A DNA stretch of 29,575 nt, taken from the IMG/VR virus record IMGVR_UViG_3300044454_000252, positions 1 to 29,575 of that record; one strand, written 5' to 3'. This document shows positions 17,158 to 25,895 of this stretch, piece after piece. The first letter of the stretch is position 1, and the number at the start of each line of letters is the position of its first letter. The position numbers and the translations under genes are program-made. The notes under the pieces were generated by a model that was not told the DNA's origin, searched no databases, and saw only the letters and a program-made list of their open reading frames with translations. This stretch comes from a virus. Its lineage: Duplodnaviria; Caudoviricetes.

Positions 17158-17691
17158 ATGGGCGCCAAGGTCAACAAAGAAAAAATGCAGGAAGCAGGTA
17201 ATCTTGCGGCAAACGTAGCCAGAGAAGCGCTGCGGGTCGTCGCCAAGGAAGTCGCTGAAAAATTAGTGGGTGAATCACCAATCTGGTCCGGATCCTATCT
17301 GGCAAGCCACCGCGTGGCCGTGTCGGAGAAGACTCCGGTCATAACCGAAGGGCCGACCAATCTCCAGAAGTGGTCTGTCCCCGGACAGAAATATCCGGAT
17401 CAGTTAACGGATATGGAAGCCGTCGCGTTACAGGAAAAAGTTCAAATGAACTTAAACCAGCAGATCGATATGGGCATTGACGCGCTTCCGACAGGAATCG
17501 GGGTCGTAAAGTTTGAAAACAACAGCGATCACGCGGATGAGGTCGAACGCGGCAGCGGGCAGACGCCGGCCTACATGGTCTACGAAGCCGTACTCAATCA
17601 TGTCCGGACTTTTATCAAGACGATCACCATGAACGTCAGCCAGCGTGTCGGGCTGAAGATGTCTTTCAAAACGAAAGGCGGATCCAAATGA
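17158..17691 (+). CDS. Neck / tail completion protein (HK97 gp10-like)
   Basis: SPIWSGSYLASH resembles the P(V)DTG-type motif. NNSDHA..VE.G..Q.P..MV near the C-terminus. Position fits. Confidence 0.6.
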   Translation: MGAKVNKEKMQEAGNLAANVAREALRVVAKEVAEKLVGESPIWSGSYLASHRVAVSEKTPVITEGPTNLQKWSVPGQKYPDQLTDMEAVALQEKVQMNLNQQIDMGIDALPTGIGVVKFENNSDHADEVERGSGQTPAYMVYEAVLNHVRTFIKTITMNVSQRVGLKMSFKTKGGSK

Positions 17692-18086
17692 GCTACACCG
17701 CAGCTCAGACCGCAATCGAAAATGAATTCGCAACCGGCTTTACAGCCTGTGCGATCAAGTACGAGAACGTCGAATTCATTCAGACACCGCATATCTCGTT
17801 TGCTGAACTGCGGGTCATTGATTTTTCATCGCACCAGGCAGAAATCTCAGGCAACACCAGCGTTCTTCACAGAAACACAGGCATCATCATCGTGAATATC
17901 TACACGCCTAAAGGCATCGGCACCATAACGGGGAGGGCCCTTGCCGATAAAGCCGCAGGAGTGTTCCGGCGGAAGCAGTTCTCAGGAATCACTTGCAGAA
18001 GCCCGGTCGTTCGAAACGGCGGGGAAGTCCAGGAGTGGTATGTGGTCAGAGTTCTTTGCCCATACTTCCGGGACGAAATTATCTAA
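17688..18086 (+). CDS. Tail terminator protein
   Basis: I.YENV.F, GIIIVNIYTPKGIG, LADK...F. Directly upstream of the tail tube. ATGA overlap. Confidence 0.7.
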   Translation: MSYTAAQTAIENEFATGFTACAIKYENVEFIQTPHISFAELRVIDFSSHQAEISGNTSVLHRNTGIIIVNIYTPKGIGTITGRALADKAAGVFRRKQFSGITCRSPVVRNGGEVQEWYVVRVLCPYFRDEII

Positions 18087-18117
18087 ATTTTAATGAGTTA
18101 TCCCAACGGAGGTTACA

Positions 18118-19047
18118 ATGGCAGATTCAAACAGAGTCGTCCTCAAATACGTCGCTGAGAGTGCTTGGAACACGACCCCGGCCACCCCCTGCATGAAAAC
18201 CATGCGTATCACCGGTGATTCGTTCAACCCCGAGGTCACCAATATCACCTCAAGCGAAATCCGATCCGACCGCAACACGGCCGACCTGGTCCAGGTCAGC
18301 CGCCAGAACACCGGCTCCTTCGAGTTCGAGATGTCCGGAGACACCTTCGATGCCTTTATCGCATCGGCGCTGTTCTCGACCTGGATCACGAACGTCTGCA
18401 AAAACGGCGTCACCCGGACACCCTTTTCGATTGAAAAGGGCTGGGTCGATGTGAGCCGCTTTATTATCTACAAGGGCATGGTGCCGAACACCTTCTCGCT
18501 GGCACTCAAAACCGGAGCGATCTGCACCGGCTCCTTCGGCTTTATCGGCGGCTCAGCCACGTCTGCGGCCACAACCGGCGCCACCACGACCATTGCCGCC
18601 ACGACCACATCGGTTCTGAACTGCATGACAAACGTCGCGCAGTTCATGGAAGGTTCAACCCTGACCAACCTGAACGGTATCTATGTCCAGGATCTTTCTT
18701 TCAACCTGACGAACAACGTCCGGCTGATCCAGGGTATCGGCACCAACGCACCTCAGGACACCGGGGTCGGCAAATGCGATGTAACCGGGACGTTCAACGC
18801 GATCCTGAATGCGAGCACTCAGACCCGGCTCATGGCGAAGTTCCTCGCCGGCACCGCCACCAAGCTGAAGTTCCAGATGACCGACGGCGCCTCGGATTCG
18901 TATCTCTTCGAATTCCCGAACGTCAAGTTCGAATCCGATACCCTGCCCACACCCGGCCAAGATGCGGACGTCATCGAGAACGTCGGCTGGCGGGCGCTTT
19001 ACTCGTCCGGTGATGGCTGCACGGTAAAAATCACCAAGAGCACCTAA
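18118..19047 (+). CDS. Major tail (tube) protein
   Basis: MADSNRV.L.YVAE, RITGDS, SSEIRSDR, FSIEK, F.FP.VK. GGAGG ribosome binding site. Lies between terminator and chaperone. Confidence 0.85.
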   Translation: MADSNRVVLKYVAESAWNTTPATPCMKTMRITGDSFNPEVTNITSSEIRSDRNTADLVQVSRQNTGSFEFEMSGDTFDAFIASALFSTWITNVCKNGVTRTPFSIEKGWVDVSRFIIYKGMVPNTFSLALKTGAICTGSFGFIGGSATSAATTGATTTIAATTTSVLNCMTNVAQFMEGSTLTNLNGIYVQDLSFNLTNNVRLIQGIGTNAPQDTGVGKCDVTGTFNAILNASTQTRLMAKFLAGTATKLKFQMTDGASDSYLFEFPNVKFESDTLPTPGQDADVIENVGWRALYSSGDGCTVKITKST

Positions 19048-19054
19048 CCGCAGT

Positions 19055-19155
19055 TTGAGCCCGGGCCAAAGTAGCCTCACGCGGCCCCGTCGTAAAGCGA
19101 AAGGCCTGGGCTCAATCTCACTTAAAACTTCAACGGGGCCACAACCAACGGGGGA
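19055..19155 (+). other. Structured intergenic RNA element (13-bp stem with loop-to-downstream pseudoknot potential)
   Basis: TTGAGCCCGGGCC (19055-19067) pairs with GGCCTGGGCTCAA (19103-19115), one G-U. Loop GGCCCCGT (19083-19090) is the exact complement of ACGGGGCC (19133-19140). Confidence 0.6.
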
Positions 19156-19160
19156 CTTTT

Positions 19161-19613
19161 ATGTTCGACGCATTGGACAGCATCTACAAGACGGATCCGG
19201 AAAAAAGTGCCGGCGGTATACCAATAGAAGTCGGCACCAACAAAAAGGGCGAGCCGATCATCATGTGGGTCTCGGAAGCCAATCACGCCACCAACGAGAA
19301 ATTCGCCCAGCTCGTGCGCAAATACGAGCGTGCAATGGAACTCTCAAGACGCAACCCGGCGCGCAGGAAAGCGCTCTGGATCAAGATCGTTGCCGATTCG
19401 ATCCTGATGAAGTGGGAAGGGGTCCTCGATCAGGACGATAAAGACGTCCCGGCCACACTCGAAAACAAGATCCAGGCCCTGACCAAATACGACGAGCTCA
19501 TGGCGGATATCCTGGGCACGGCCAACGACCGGAACAATTTCCTTCCGGACGACGCCGCGGGGATCGAGGCCGATACCGAAAAAAACTCCGAGACGTCATC
19601 CGCTGGCAGCTGA
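19161..19613 (+). CDS. Tail assembly chaperone (lambda gpG-like)
   Basis: Position between tail tube and tape measure, IL..WEGV.D motif, slippery site near the 3' end. Confidence 0.85.
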   Translation: MFDALDSIYKTDPEKSAGGIPIEVGTNKKGEPIIMWVSEANHATNEKFAQLVRKYERAMELSRRNPARRKALWIKIVADSILMKWEGVLDQDDKDVPATLENKIQALTKYDELMADILGTANDRNNFLPDDAAGIEADTEKNSETSSAGS

Positions 19614-19927
19614 AGTATTCTAAGCAGGAGGATTTCTTTGCGAACCTCGCTGCGGATGGCATCGAAATTGATCAGATGAAAACCAGGCCGGAACTCTATG
19701 ATGACCTGCAGGTCGACATGGATCTCTTCTGGGAATTGTCAGCCCGGCGCACCATCGGGTTTTCGGGGCCGAATCCGATCAGCATGTCGGATCTGGAGTC
19801 AGGCATGCGCGTCTATGGAATCGTCGAGTGGGATCAGAAGATGATCTTCATAGACCGCATGCATGTGCTCGACAACGAATTCATGAAGTTCTGCTATCCA
19901 CCTAAAAAGGTCGGGACCGATGGCTGA
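19161..19927 (+). CDS. Tail assembly chaperone long form (gpGT-like, about 255 aa) via -1 frameshift
   Basis: The listed ORF 19676-19927 (F.ELS..R.IG..GPNPI) is in frame with the -1 product from 19586, with no intervening stop. Confidence 0.8.
19580..19586 (+). other. Programmed -1 ribosomal frameshift heptamer A AAA AAC
   Basis: GAA AAA AAC in the chaperone frame. The -1 frame is open from here (LRDVIRWQLKY...) to the stop at 19927. Confidence 0.85.
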
Positions 19928-22900
19928 CAATATCTCAATCACTATCGACACCAGGCAGGCCGAAGTCCGGGTTAAGGAACTCGAAGCCAAGATCAGGGAA
20001 CTCGGTGTCACCGCTGAGGCCACCGGCCGTAAGGTCGATGAGATTGGCGATATCAAACCTGGCCAGGCTCGCCGCAATGTTGCCGATACCCGGATTGCCG
20101 AAGAGGACCGCCTCGGAAAACTGCAACAGGAAGCCAGAAAAAGAAACAACGAAGCGCTGGCCAAACTCGATCAACAGGCTGCTAAAGCAAAAATAAAAGC
20201 GGATACGGAACTCTACCAGCAGTCGCTTCCATTCAGCCAGATGCAGCAGGTTGGAAAGAAACCCCTCACCGTAGACCAGATGACCGAAAACATTTTAAAC
20301 CGGAGGGTCTTTACCGGAGGGGCTACTTCTGCATCGGTTGGATATGATGCCAAAAAAGCCGCTGACAATGTTAGAAGGATCTTGTCGGCAGAAGGTGCCC
20401 CCAAGGTCAAAGATTCCCTTGACGATGATATCGACGCTTATAAAGTTTTTTTGTCACAGAAATCGGCTGTTGACAGGGCGCTCGATGAACTGGAAGAAAA
20501 AAAAGCAGCCAACACAGCCGCCAAGGCAAACAACTATGCGGCTATCCAGAAAAAAGCAAACGACGAAAGGCTTGCAAGGCAGCAGTCGTATTATGCTTCC
20601 GAAAAAGGCCAATGGGATCGGGAACAGGCCGAAGTCGAGAATCATTATCGTAACATGGCCAGTGCCTCGGCTTATTACGATTCAAAGCAGGGGTTGGCTC
20701 AAAGGGAAATAGCCGAAGCCGAAAACAGGTGGCGGTCCGTCTCACGGTCCGCTCCTTCGCGTCAGGCCGATCTGCTTTCATATGCGGAAAGAGGGGCTAC
20801 ACTTCCGCCAACGGATCCAAATAGCCTTCAGCAAGCCCCGCTTACTGCCGCAATGTCGAAAGCCGCTAAAAAACAGATCGAGACCAATGCTGCAGCTATC
20901 AACACCGGAACACTCCAAGCGGTTGAAGAAGCTATCGCCAGCAACAACGGGTCTACTTTTTACGGGCCGAGAATAACGCAGTCGATGCGCAAATCAAGAG
21001 CCCTCCAAATGGCAGCCGCTGAATTCATTGGACCACCACGCGCCGATGACTATACCGCTTATGGTGCCGGAGGTGTCGGTGGAGGGTCTGCAAGCGGAGG
21101 CGGGACCAGCGGTGGCGGCAATAATAAATTTCCATGGGGAGGCTCGGTCCCTCCCGGAAGCATGCCGATCCCATCGGAGCCCAAAGCCGCCAGGGAGCTT
21201 GCCGGTGAATTAGCTTCTATCGATCGTATCAACGCCGGCGCCAGATCAGCCGCTACACAGATGCTCCTGTTCGAAGGGCAAACGATTAGTGCCGAACGGA
21301 ATATATGGGGACGTCAGACCAAGGAAGCAATCGAAAAAAATAAAATCGTAAGTGAACTTAGAAACGACGAATACCTTTCAGCAGAAGGGCATGTCAAGCG
21401 AATGTCCTCTTTGCGAAGCGCTGAAGACAATCTTGCGACCACACGACTCAGCAGGGAACAACTGCAGCTCAAACAAGATGCAGGTGTGGCCAACGCCCAG
21501 CAAAGTCTATGGAAACAACAGTCGCAATCTGAAATCGAAAGACATAAAACTGTCACCCAACTTCAAGACGAAGATTATTTGTCTCTTGAAGGAGCCACCC
21601 GACGAAAAGCCGCATTGCAAGCAGCCGAAGACAAGCTTGCTGTTACAAGACTCGGGCAGGGAGACCTGCAGCTTAAACAGGATGCAGGTCTTGTCAACGC
21701 CCGAAGGACCATGTGGGGACAACAAACAGAAGCGGCGGTGAAAAATCATAAAACTGTGACCGAACTCCAGGATCAGGATTATCTGTCCAGGGCAGGCCAT
21801 ATCCGTCGAACCGCTGCCCAACAAGCAGCCGAGGATAAACTTGCCGTTAAAAGATTAGATCAGGAAAAACTTCAACTTCTTCAGGATGCCAAAATCAAAC
21901 AAGCCCAGAAAACCATGGAAGGCGGCGGGATCCTGCAAAGTAAATTCGGCACCTGGTCAATTTTGATGTCCGGCCTTGCGGCAACCCTCTTCGTGTGGCA
22001 GCAGGTCCTGACCACGATTACGTCGATTGTAAGCGCCGGAAACGACTACGACCAGACACTCCGTAAAATCGGTGCCACCGGTAATCTTTCCGCCAAGGGT
22101 CTTCAGATGATGGACGAGTCGATGCGCGACATGATCAAGGACGGCATCGACACCAAGCAGATCTCATCGGCATTTGCGGCCTTGAAAGAGCGCGGCATGA
22201 GCACGGCCGACGCCATGAAGGGCCTTGCGACCACAGCCGAACTTGCCCGCTACGGGTTCGTCAGCCTAAAAAGTGCAGCCGAGATGGTCGATCGTGGCGA
22301 CAAGGGCATGATCAGATATGTGCTTGAGATGAACGAAGCCATGAAGGGCGGCGCCTCGGAGTCCTGGGACAAATTCGCCGGACGCATGAAGCTGATCGCA
22401 GCTGATTTCTTCAGGAGAGAAGAGCCGGTCTTCATGAATACGTTGACGAATTTATCCACCTGGATGGATGCAAACAGTGGAGTTGTCGTCGATAATCTCG
22501 GGCGTCTCGCTGAGGCCATGATCAATCTGTCGAACAGCTTTCTTTGGATCGTTGAAAACGGCGCGAAGGTGGTTGACTTCTTTGCGAATCTAAAAGTTCC
22601 CAATGGATTCGGCCAATATAACAAAGAATATAATCCGCAGGAAGCCCAGGAGATGGGCGATATCCTCGAGCGGGACATGAAAAATGCGGATTCAAAATGG
22701 GATCGGTTTTGGAGGAACCTCACTGAAAGAAGGAAAGATCCGTTTAATACAGAATCAAGCGAGCCTGCCTGGAGGCCACCGTATATAACAGACCCCAAAG
22801 CACAGGAAAGAAACGAGCGCCAATGGTCGGCATCGGACAGAAGCGATTACTCCGGTGTGACCTGGCGCAGCGACCAGTGGACCAACGAGCAGAAGCGGCC

Positions 22901-24635
22901 CTTCTGGAATCAGATGGCGACCGCCATGGGGCTCTACCCCGCACAGATGCAGGCCGATAAGCGGACAGCCATCGGCGAATCCGTACGCGGCATGAGGATG
23001 TCCGGCATCGAGCCAGGCATGGTTAAAGAATTCGAGGAAACCGAAACCTGGAAGATTCAACAGCAGTCAATCTCCAAAGAAATGGAGACCCTGAAGAAAC
23101 TCTTCGAGACTACCGGCGCTACTCGGGAAAAATACTGGGAAAACGAAATTGACAATATCAAGTTCAGACTGAAGCAGGATGTAGATGCCAAACGCCTTAC
23201 TCAGGCTGAAGCTGATAAGGAACAGGTCATGGAAGAATGGGGCGTCCGGATGCGCCGGGAAGCCCCGAAAATCGCAATCCATGAAAACATCTTCCAGGAA
23301 ACCGGGAAGATGACGGAGTATCTTAAAAATCAAAAAATAGATGCGCTTCAACATGCACTCGATAAAGTTAAAAATATGCCGCAAGGGCTTTATTACCAGC
23401 ACGATGTGGCCGAAGCGCAGAAACGTTACGATATCGGCAGGATCAAACTCGACCGTGAAGAAAACGCCCCTCGCCTTGAGGCAATGAAGAAGTTCTACTC
23501 CGAAGCCGGCATGCTTGAGCAGGACTACCGCATTGCCGCCGGCAAGGACATCGAAGCCGAAGTCGAGATCCAAGCCAGGAAATGGAAACTGACCATCGCT
23601 CAACAGCAGGAATACGGCGAAGAATTGCGCCGTCGACTGGAAGATGATGTGACCAACCCCATGCTTTCCGCATGGGGAGAATACCATACGTCACTTGGCA
23701 AAATGTCGGACGAAGAATTCAAACTGATCGCCGACAAGAACCGCCGCCAGGCCGAACGCCTGCAGAAAATAATCGGGCCCGAGCGCAGCTCCGAATGGCT
23801 CAAGCGGGCCACAACTTTAAATGAAGCCAGCTGGAGCCGCGGACGAAACAATCCCTTCAACGGGATCATCGCCGGCATGAAAGAACTCGAAGCCGAATCC
23901 AAGCCGATCGCATCGGAAATCGCCGATGAATGGAAGTCCGCCGCCAACGATATCCACCAGGGGTTCAAGGACGGCTTCTTCGATCTGATGAGTGCCGACT
24001 TCACGAAGCTGCAGGATACTATCCAGAATATCCTGCAACGAATTCAACGCATGTTCTCGGACATGCTCTTCGACATGATGACCAAGGATATTCGCAACCA
24101 GATCAACGGCAGCTCAGGTCAGGGGCTGATGGGTATGATCTTCAAAAAATTTGGGTTCGATGTCGATCAGACTCCTAATCCCGGCGCTGGGTATGTCGGC
24201 GGCGACATGAAAGGCGAGTGGGGGTCGGATTACGGATGGCAGCCAAAAACCGGACCGATGGATGCCAAAGGCGGTGTTTACGATCAGTTCGGCATGGTCC
24301 GGTTCGGACGCGGCGGGATCGTCCGCCGGCCTACGGTCTTCCCGTTTGCCCGCGGCACCGGATTGATGGGAGAGGCTGGACCCGAGGCCATCATGCCGCT
24401 TTCAAGGGGGCCGGGCGGGGTGCTGGGGGTCCGCGCCGAGGGTACTGGCGGAGCAGGAACAACGAGTGTGGTCGTCCACAACTACTCCGGCCAGCAGGTC
24501 TCTACCCGGGAATCAAACTCCGGCGGCATGGACAAACGCATGATCGAAGTCATGGTCGGAAACGCCATTGCCTCAGGCGGACCGGCAAGCAAGGCCTTCG
24601 AAGCTACCTACGGGTTGCGCAGATCAGGGAGGTAA
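19920..24635 (+). CDS. Tail tape measure protein
   Basis: 1571 aa, helical Ala/Glu/Lys/Gln-rich, one hydrophobic segment (WSILMSGLAATLFVW), C-terminal GGIV..PT.F...GLMGEAGPEAIMPL.R motif. Follows the chaperone. Confidence 0.92.
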   Translation: MADNISITIDTRQAEVRVKELEAKIRELGVTAEATGRKVDEIGDIKPGQARRNVADTRIAEEDRLGKLQQEARKRNNEALAKLDQQAAKAKIKADTELYQQSLPFSQMQQVGKKPLTVDQMTENILNRRVFTGGATSASVGYDAKKAADNVRRILSAEGAPKVKDSLDDDIDAYKVFLSQKSAVDRALDELEEKKAANTAAKANNYAAIQKKANDERLARQQSYYASEKGQWDREQAEVENHYRNMASASAYYDSKQGLAQREIAEAENRWRSVSRSAPSRQADLLSYAERGATLPPTDPNSLQQAPLTAAMSKAAKKQIETNAAAINTGTLQAVEEAIASNNGSTFYGPRITQSMRKSRALQMAAAEFIGPPRADDYTAYGAGGVGGGSASGGGTSGGGNNKFPWGGSVPPGSMPIPSEPKAARELAGELASIDRINAGARSAATQMLLFEGQTISAERNIWGRQTKEAIEKNKIVSELRNDEYLSAEGHVKRMSSLRSAEDNLATTRLSREQLQLKQDAGVANAQQSLWKQQSQSEIERHKTVTQLQDEDYLSLEGATRRKAALQAAEDKLAVTRLGQGDLQLKQDAGLVNARRTMWGQQTEAAVKNHKTVTELQDQDYLSRAGHIRRTAAQQAAEDKLAVKRLDQEKLQLLQDAKIKQAQKTMEGGGILQSKFGTWSILMSGLAATLFVWQQVLTTITSIVSAGNDYDQTLRKIGATGNLSAKGLQMMDESMRDMIKDGIDTKQISSAFAALKERGMSTADAMKGLATTAELARYGFVSLKSAAEMVDRGDKGMIRYVLEMNEAMKGGASESWDKFAGRMKLIAADFFRREEPVFMNTLTNLSTWMDANSGVVVDNLGRLAEAMINLSNSFLWIVENGAKVVDFFANLKVPNGFGQYNKEYNPQEAQEMGDILERDMKNADSKWDRFWRNLTERRKDPFNTESSEPAWRPPYITDPKAQERNERQWSASDRSDYSGVTWRSDQWTNEQKRPFWNQMATAMGLYPAQMQADKRTAIGESVRGMRMSGIEPGMVKEFEETETWKIQQQSISKEMETLKKLFETTGATREKYWENEIDNIKFRLKQDVDAKRLTQAEADKEQVMEEWGVRMRREAPKIAIHENIFQETGKMTEYLKNQKIDALQHALDKVKNMPQGLYYQHDVAEAQKRYDIGRIKLDREENAPRLEAMKKFYSEAGMLEQDYRIAAGKDIEAEVEIQARKWKLTIAQQQEYGEELRRRLEDDVTNPMLSAWGEYHTSLGKMSDEEFKLIADKNRRQAERLQKIIGPERSSEWLKRATTLNEASWSRGRNNPFNGIIAGMKELEAESKPIASEIADEWKSAANDIHQGFKDGFFDLMSADFTKLQDTIQNILQRIQRMFSDMLFDMMTKDIRNQINGSSGQGLMGMIFKKFGFDVDQTPNPGAGYVGGDMKGEWGSDYGWQPKTGPMDAKGGVYDQFGMVRFGRGGIVRRPTVFPFARGTGLMGEAGPEAIMPLSRGPGGVLGVRAEGTGGAGTTSVVVHNYSGQQVSTRESNSGGMDKRMIEVMVGNAIASGGPASKAFEATYGLRRSGR
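21288..21899 (+). repeat. Three tandem 204-nt (68-aa) repeats inside the tape measure gene
   Basis: Trp codons at 21306, 21510 and 21714 are exactly 204 nt apart. Each unit has K.V..L....YLS..G...R...AED.LA..RL....LQL.QDA. Confidence 0.9.
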
Positions 24636-24638
24636 TCC

Positions 24639-24992
24639 ATGGCAAGCTGGCCCGGGACACTCCCGGATTTCGTGACAATCGACGGGTTTCAGGAGACTAT
24701 TCCGAGCAACGTTATCAGGTCCGGCATGGATACCGGCCCGCCCAAGTTGCGGCGCCGGGCAACCTCCGCCCCACGGCCGATCAACTGCACCCAGATCCTG
24801 ACAGCAGCCCAGGTGGCGGACCTTGAGACGTTCTATATGACGACACTGACCGGCGGGACCCAGCAGTTCACCTGGAAGAACCCGCGCACGGGCGGAGCCG
24901 TCACCACCATGCGCTTTGTTGATCCGCCCTCCTGGGTGTCAGCCGGCGGCGGTGGGTATTACGAAGCCTCCTACAAGCTGGAGATCCTATGA
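24639..24992 (+). CDS. Distal/minor tail protein (lambda gpM-like)
   Basis: WP.TLP, IRS.MDTGP.K.RRR.T, L.GG...F.W..P. Immediately after the tape measure gene. Confidence 0.75.
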   Translation: MASWPGTLPDFVTIDGFQETIPSNVIRSGMDTGPPKLRRRATSAPRPINCTQILTAAQVADLETFYMTTLTGGTQQFTWKNPRTGGAVTTMRFVDPPSWVSAGGGGYYEASYKLEIL

Positions 24993-25462
24993 GCCGGGTA
25001 CTCTCAACGAATTTCAAGACCGACGCATTCAAACAGGAAGGCAGCGAAGTCTATCTCGTGCTGGTCGAGATTAACCACTCAAGCCTCACCACCCCGATCC
25101 GGGTTGTGAACAACTACGCCGATGTGACCAGCAACGGGAATCTCTATTCGGCTTTCCCATTTTCCATCAATTTGCCAAATGACTCAGATGAAGGAAACCT
25201 GGACGTAACGCTTGTGATCGATAACATCGACCGCACAGTGGTCGACGCCGTACGATCGATCACCGGCCCGCCCACGGTTACAATCTCGGTTATCCTGGCA
25301 TCGGCACCGAATACGATCGAAGCCGGGCCCTACGCCATGACACTGCGGGAAGCCTACTACGATTCGATGGTTGTCACCGGGACCCTTGCCGTCGAGGACA
25401 TGCTGAACGAACCGTACCCGATCGATCAGATGACTCCGGCACTTTTTCCTAATCTTTTCTGA
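24989..25462 (+). CDS. Minor tail protein (DUF1833-like)
   Basis: LVEI.H..L..PIRVVN, Y.AFPF.I.LP, IDN.D, TP..FP.LF. ATGA overlap. Confidence 0.75.
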   Translation: MSRVLSTNFKTDAFKQEGSEVYLVLVEINHSSLTTPIRVVNNYADVTSNGNLYSAFPFSINLPNDSDEGNLDVTLVIDNIDRTVVDAVRSITGPPTVTISVILASAPNTIEAGPYAMTLREAYYDSMVVTGTLAVEDMLNEPYPIDQMTPALFPNLF

Positions 25463-25470
25463 TATTTAGT

Positions 25471-25485
25471 CTTAGCGAAAGTAAG
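25471..25485 (+). promoter_or_regulatory. Repeated semi-palindromic motif, copy 4 (CTTAGCGAAAGTAAG)
   Basis: Occupies most of a 28-nt gap and ends 5 nt before ATG 25491. Confidence 0.7.
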
Positions 25486-25490
25486 AATCG

Positions 25491-25895
25491 ATGATACCTG
25501 CCTGGGTTGAAAAATATATCCGGATCCGGTTCGTCGAACACGGGCGCACACATGAAGGCTGCGACTGCTGGGGGCTCGTCAAGCTGATCCTGGAGGAGCA
25601 ATTCCTGGTGCAGGGCCTGCCGGATTTTTCCGGAGATTATGTTCACACCCGGGAAGCCGGTAAGATCTCCAAACTCTGCCTGGACGAAGCTCAGAACTGG
25701 AAGCCAATCCGGCTCACACAGGAAGCACCCGGTGATGTGATCCTGCTTAGGATCATGGGGCTTCCGGTCCATGTCGGGGTTGTGGTCACCGACGGCTGGA
25801 TGGTTCACTGCGAACACGGCAAAGATACGGCTCTTGAGAGTTACCTGCGCACACACTGGATCAACCGGATAGAAGGATTCTACAGACATGTCTGA
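25491..25895 (+). CDS. NlpC/P60 family tail assembly protein (gpK-like)
   Basis: GRT..GCDCWGLV catalytic Cys, PGDVILL, HVGV, MVH. Confidence 0.9.
   Translation: MIPAWVEKYIRIRFVEHGRTHEGCDCWGLVKLILEEQFLVQGLPDFSGDYVHTREAGKISKLCLDEAQNWKPIRLTQEAPGDVILLRIMGLPVHVGVVVTDGWMVHCEHGKDTALESYLRTHWINRIEGFYRHV

Noticed and set aside
19055-19115. Hammerhead ribozyme or intrinsic terminator
   Set aside because: GAAA follows a short stem but the CUGANGA core is absent. There is no U-tract after the stem and the loop is 35 nt.
19055-19441. 128-aa + strand ORF spanning the tube-chaperone gap
   Set aside because: TTG start without a ribosome binding site, overlaps the chaperone out of frame, no recognisable composition.
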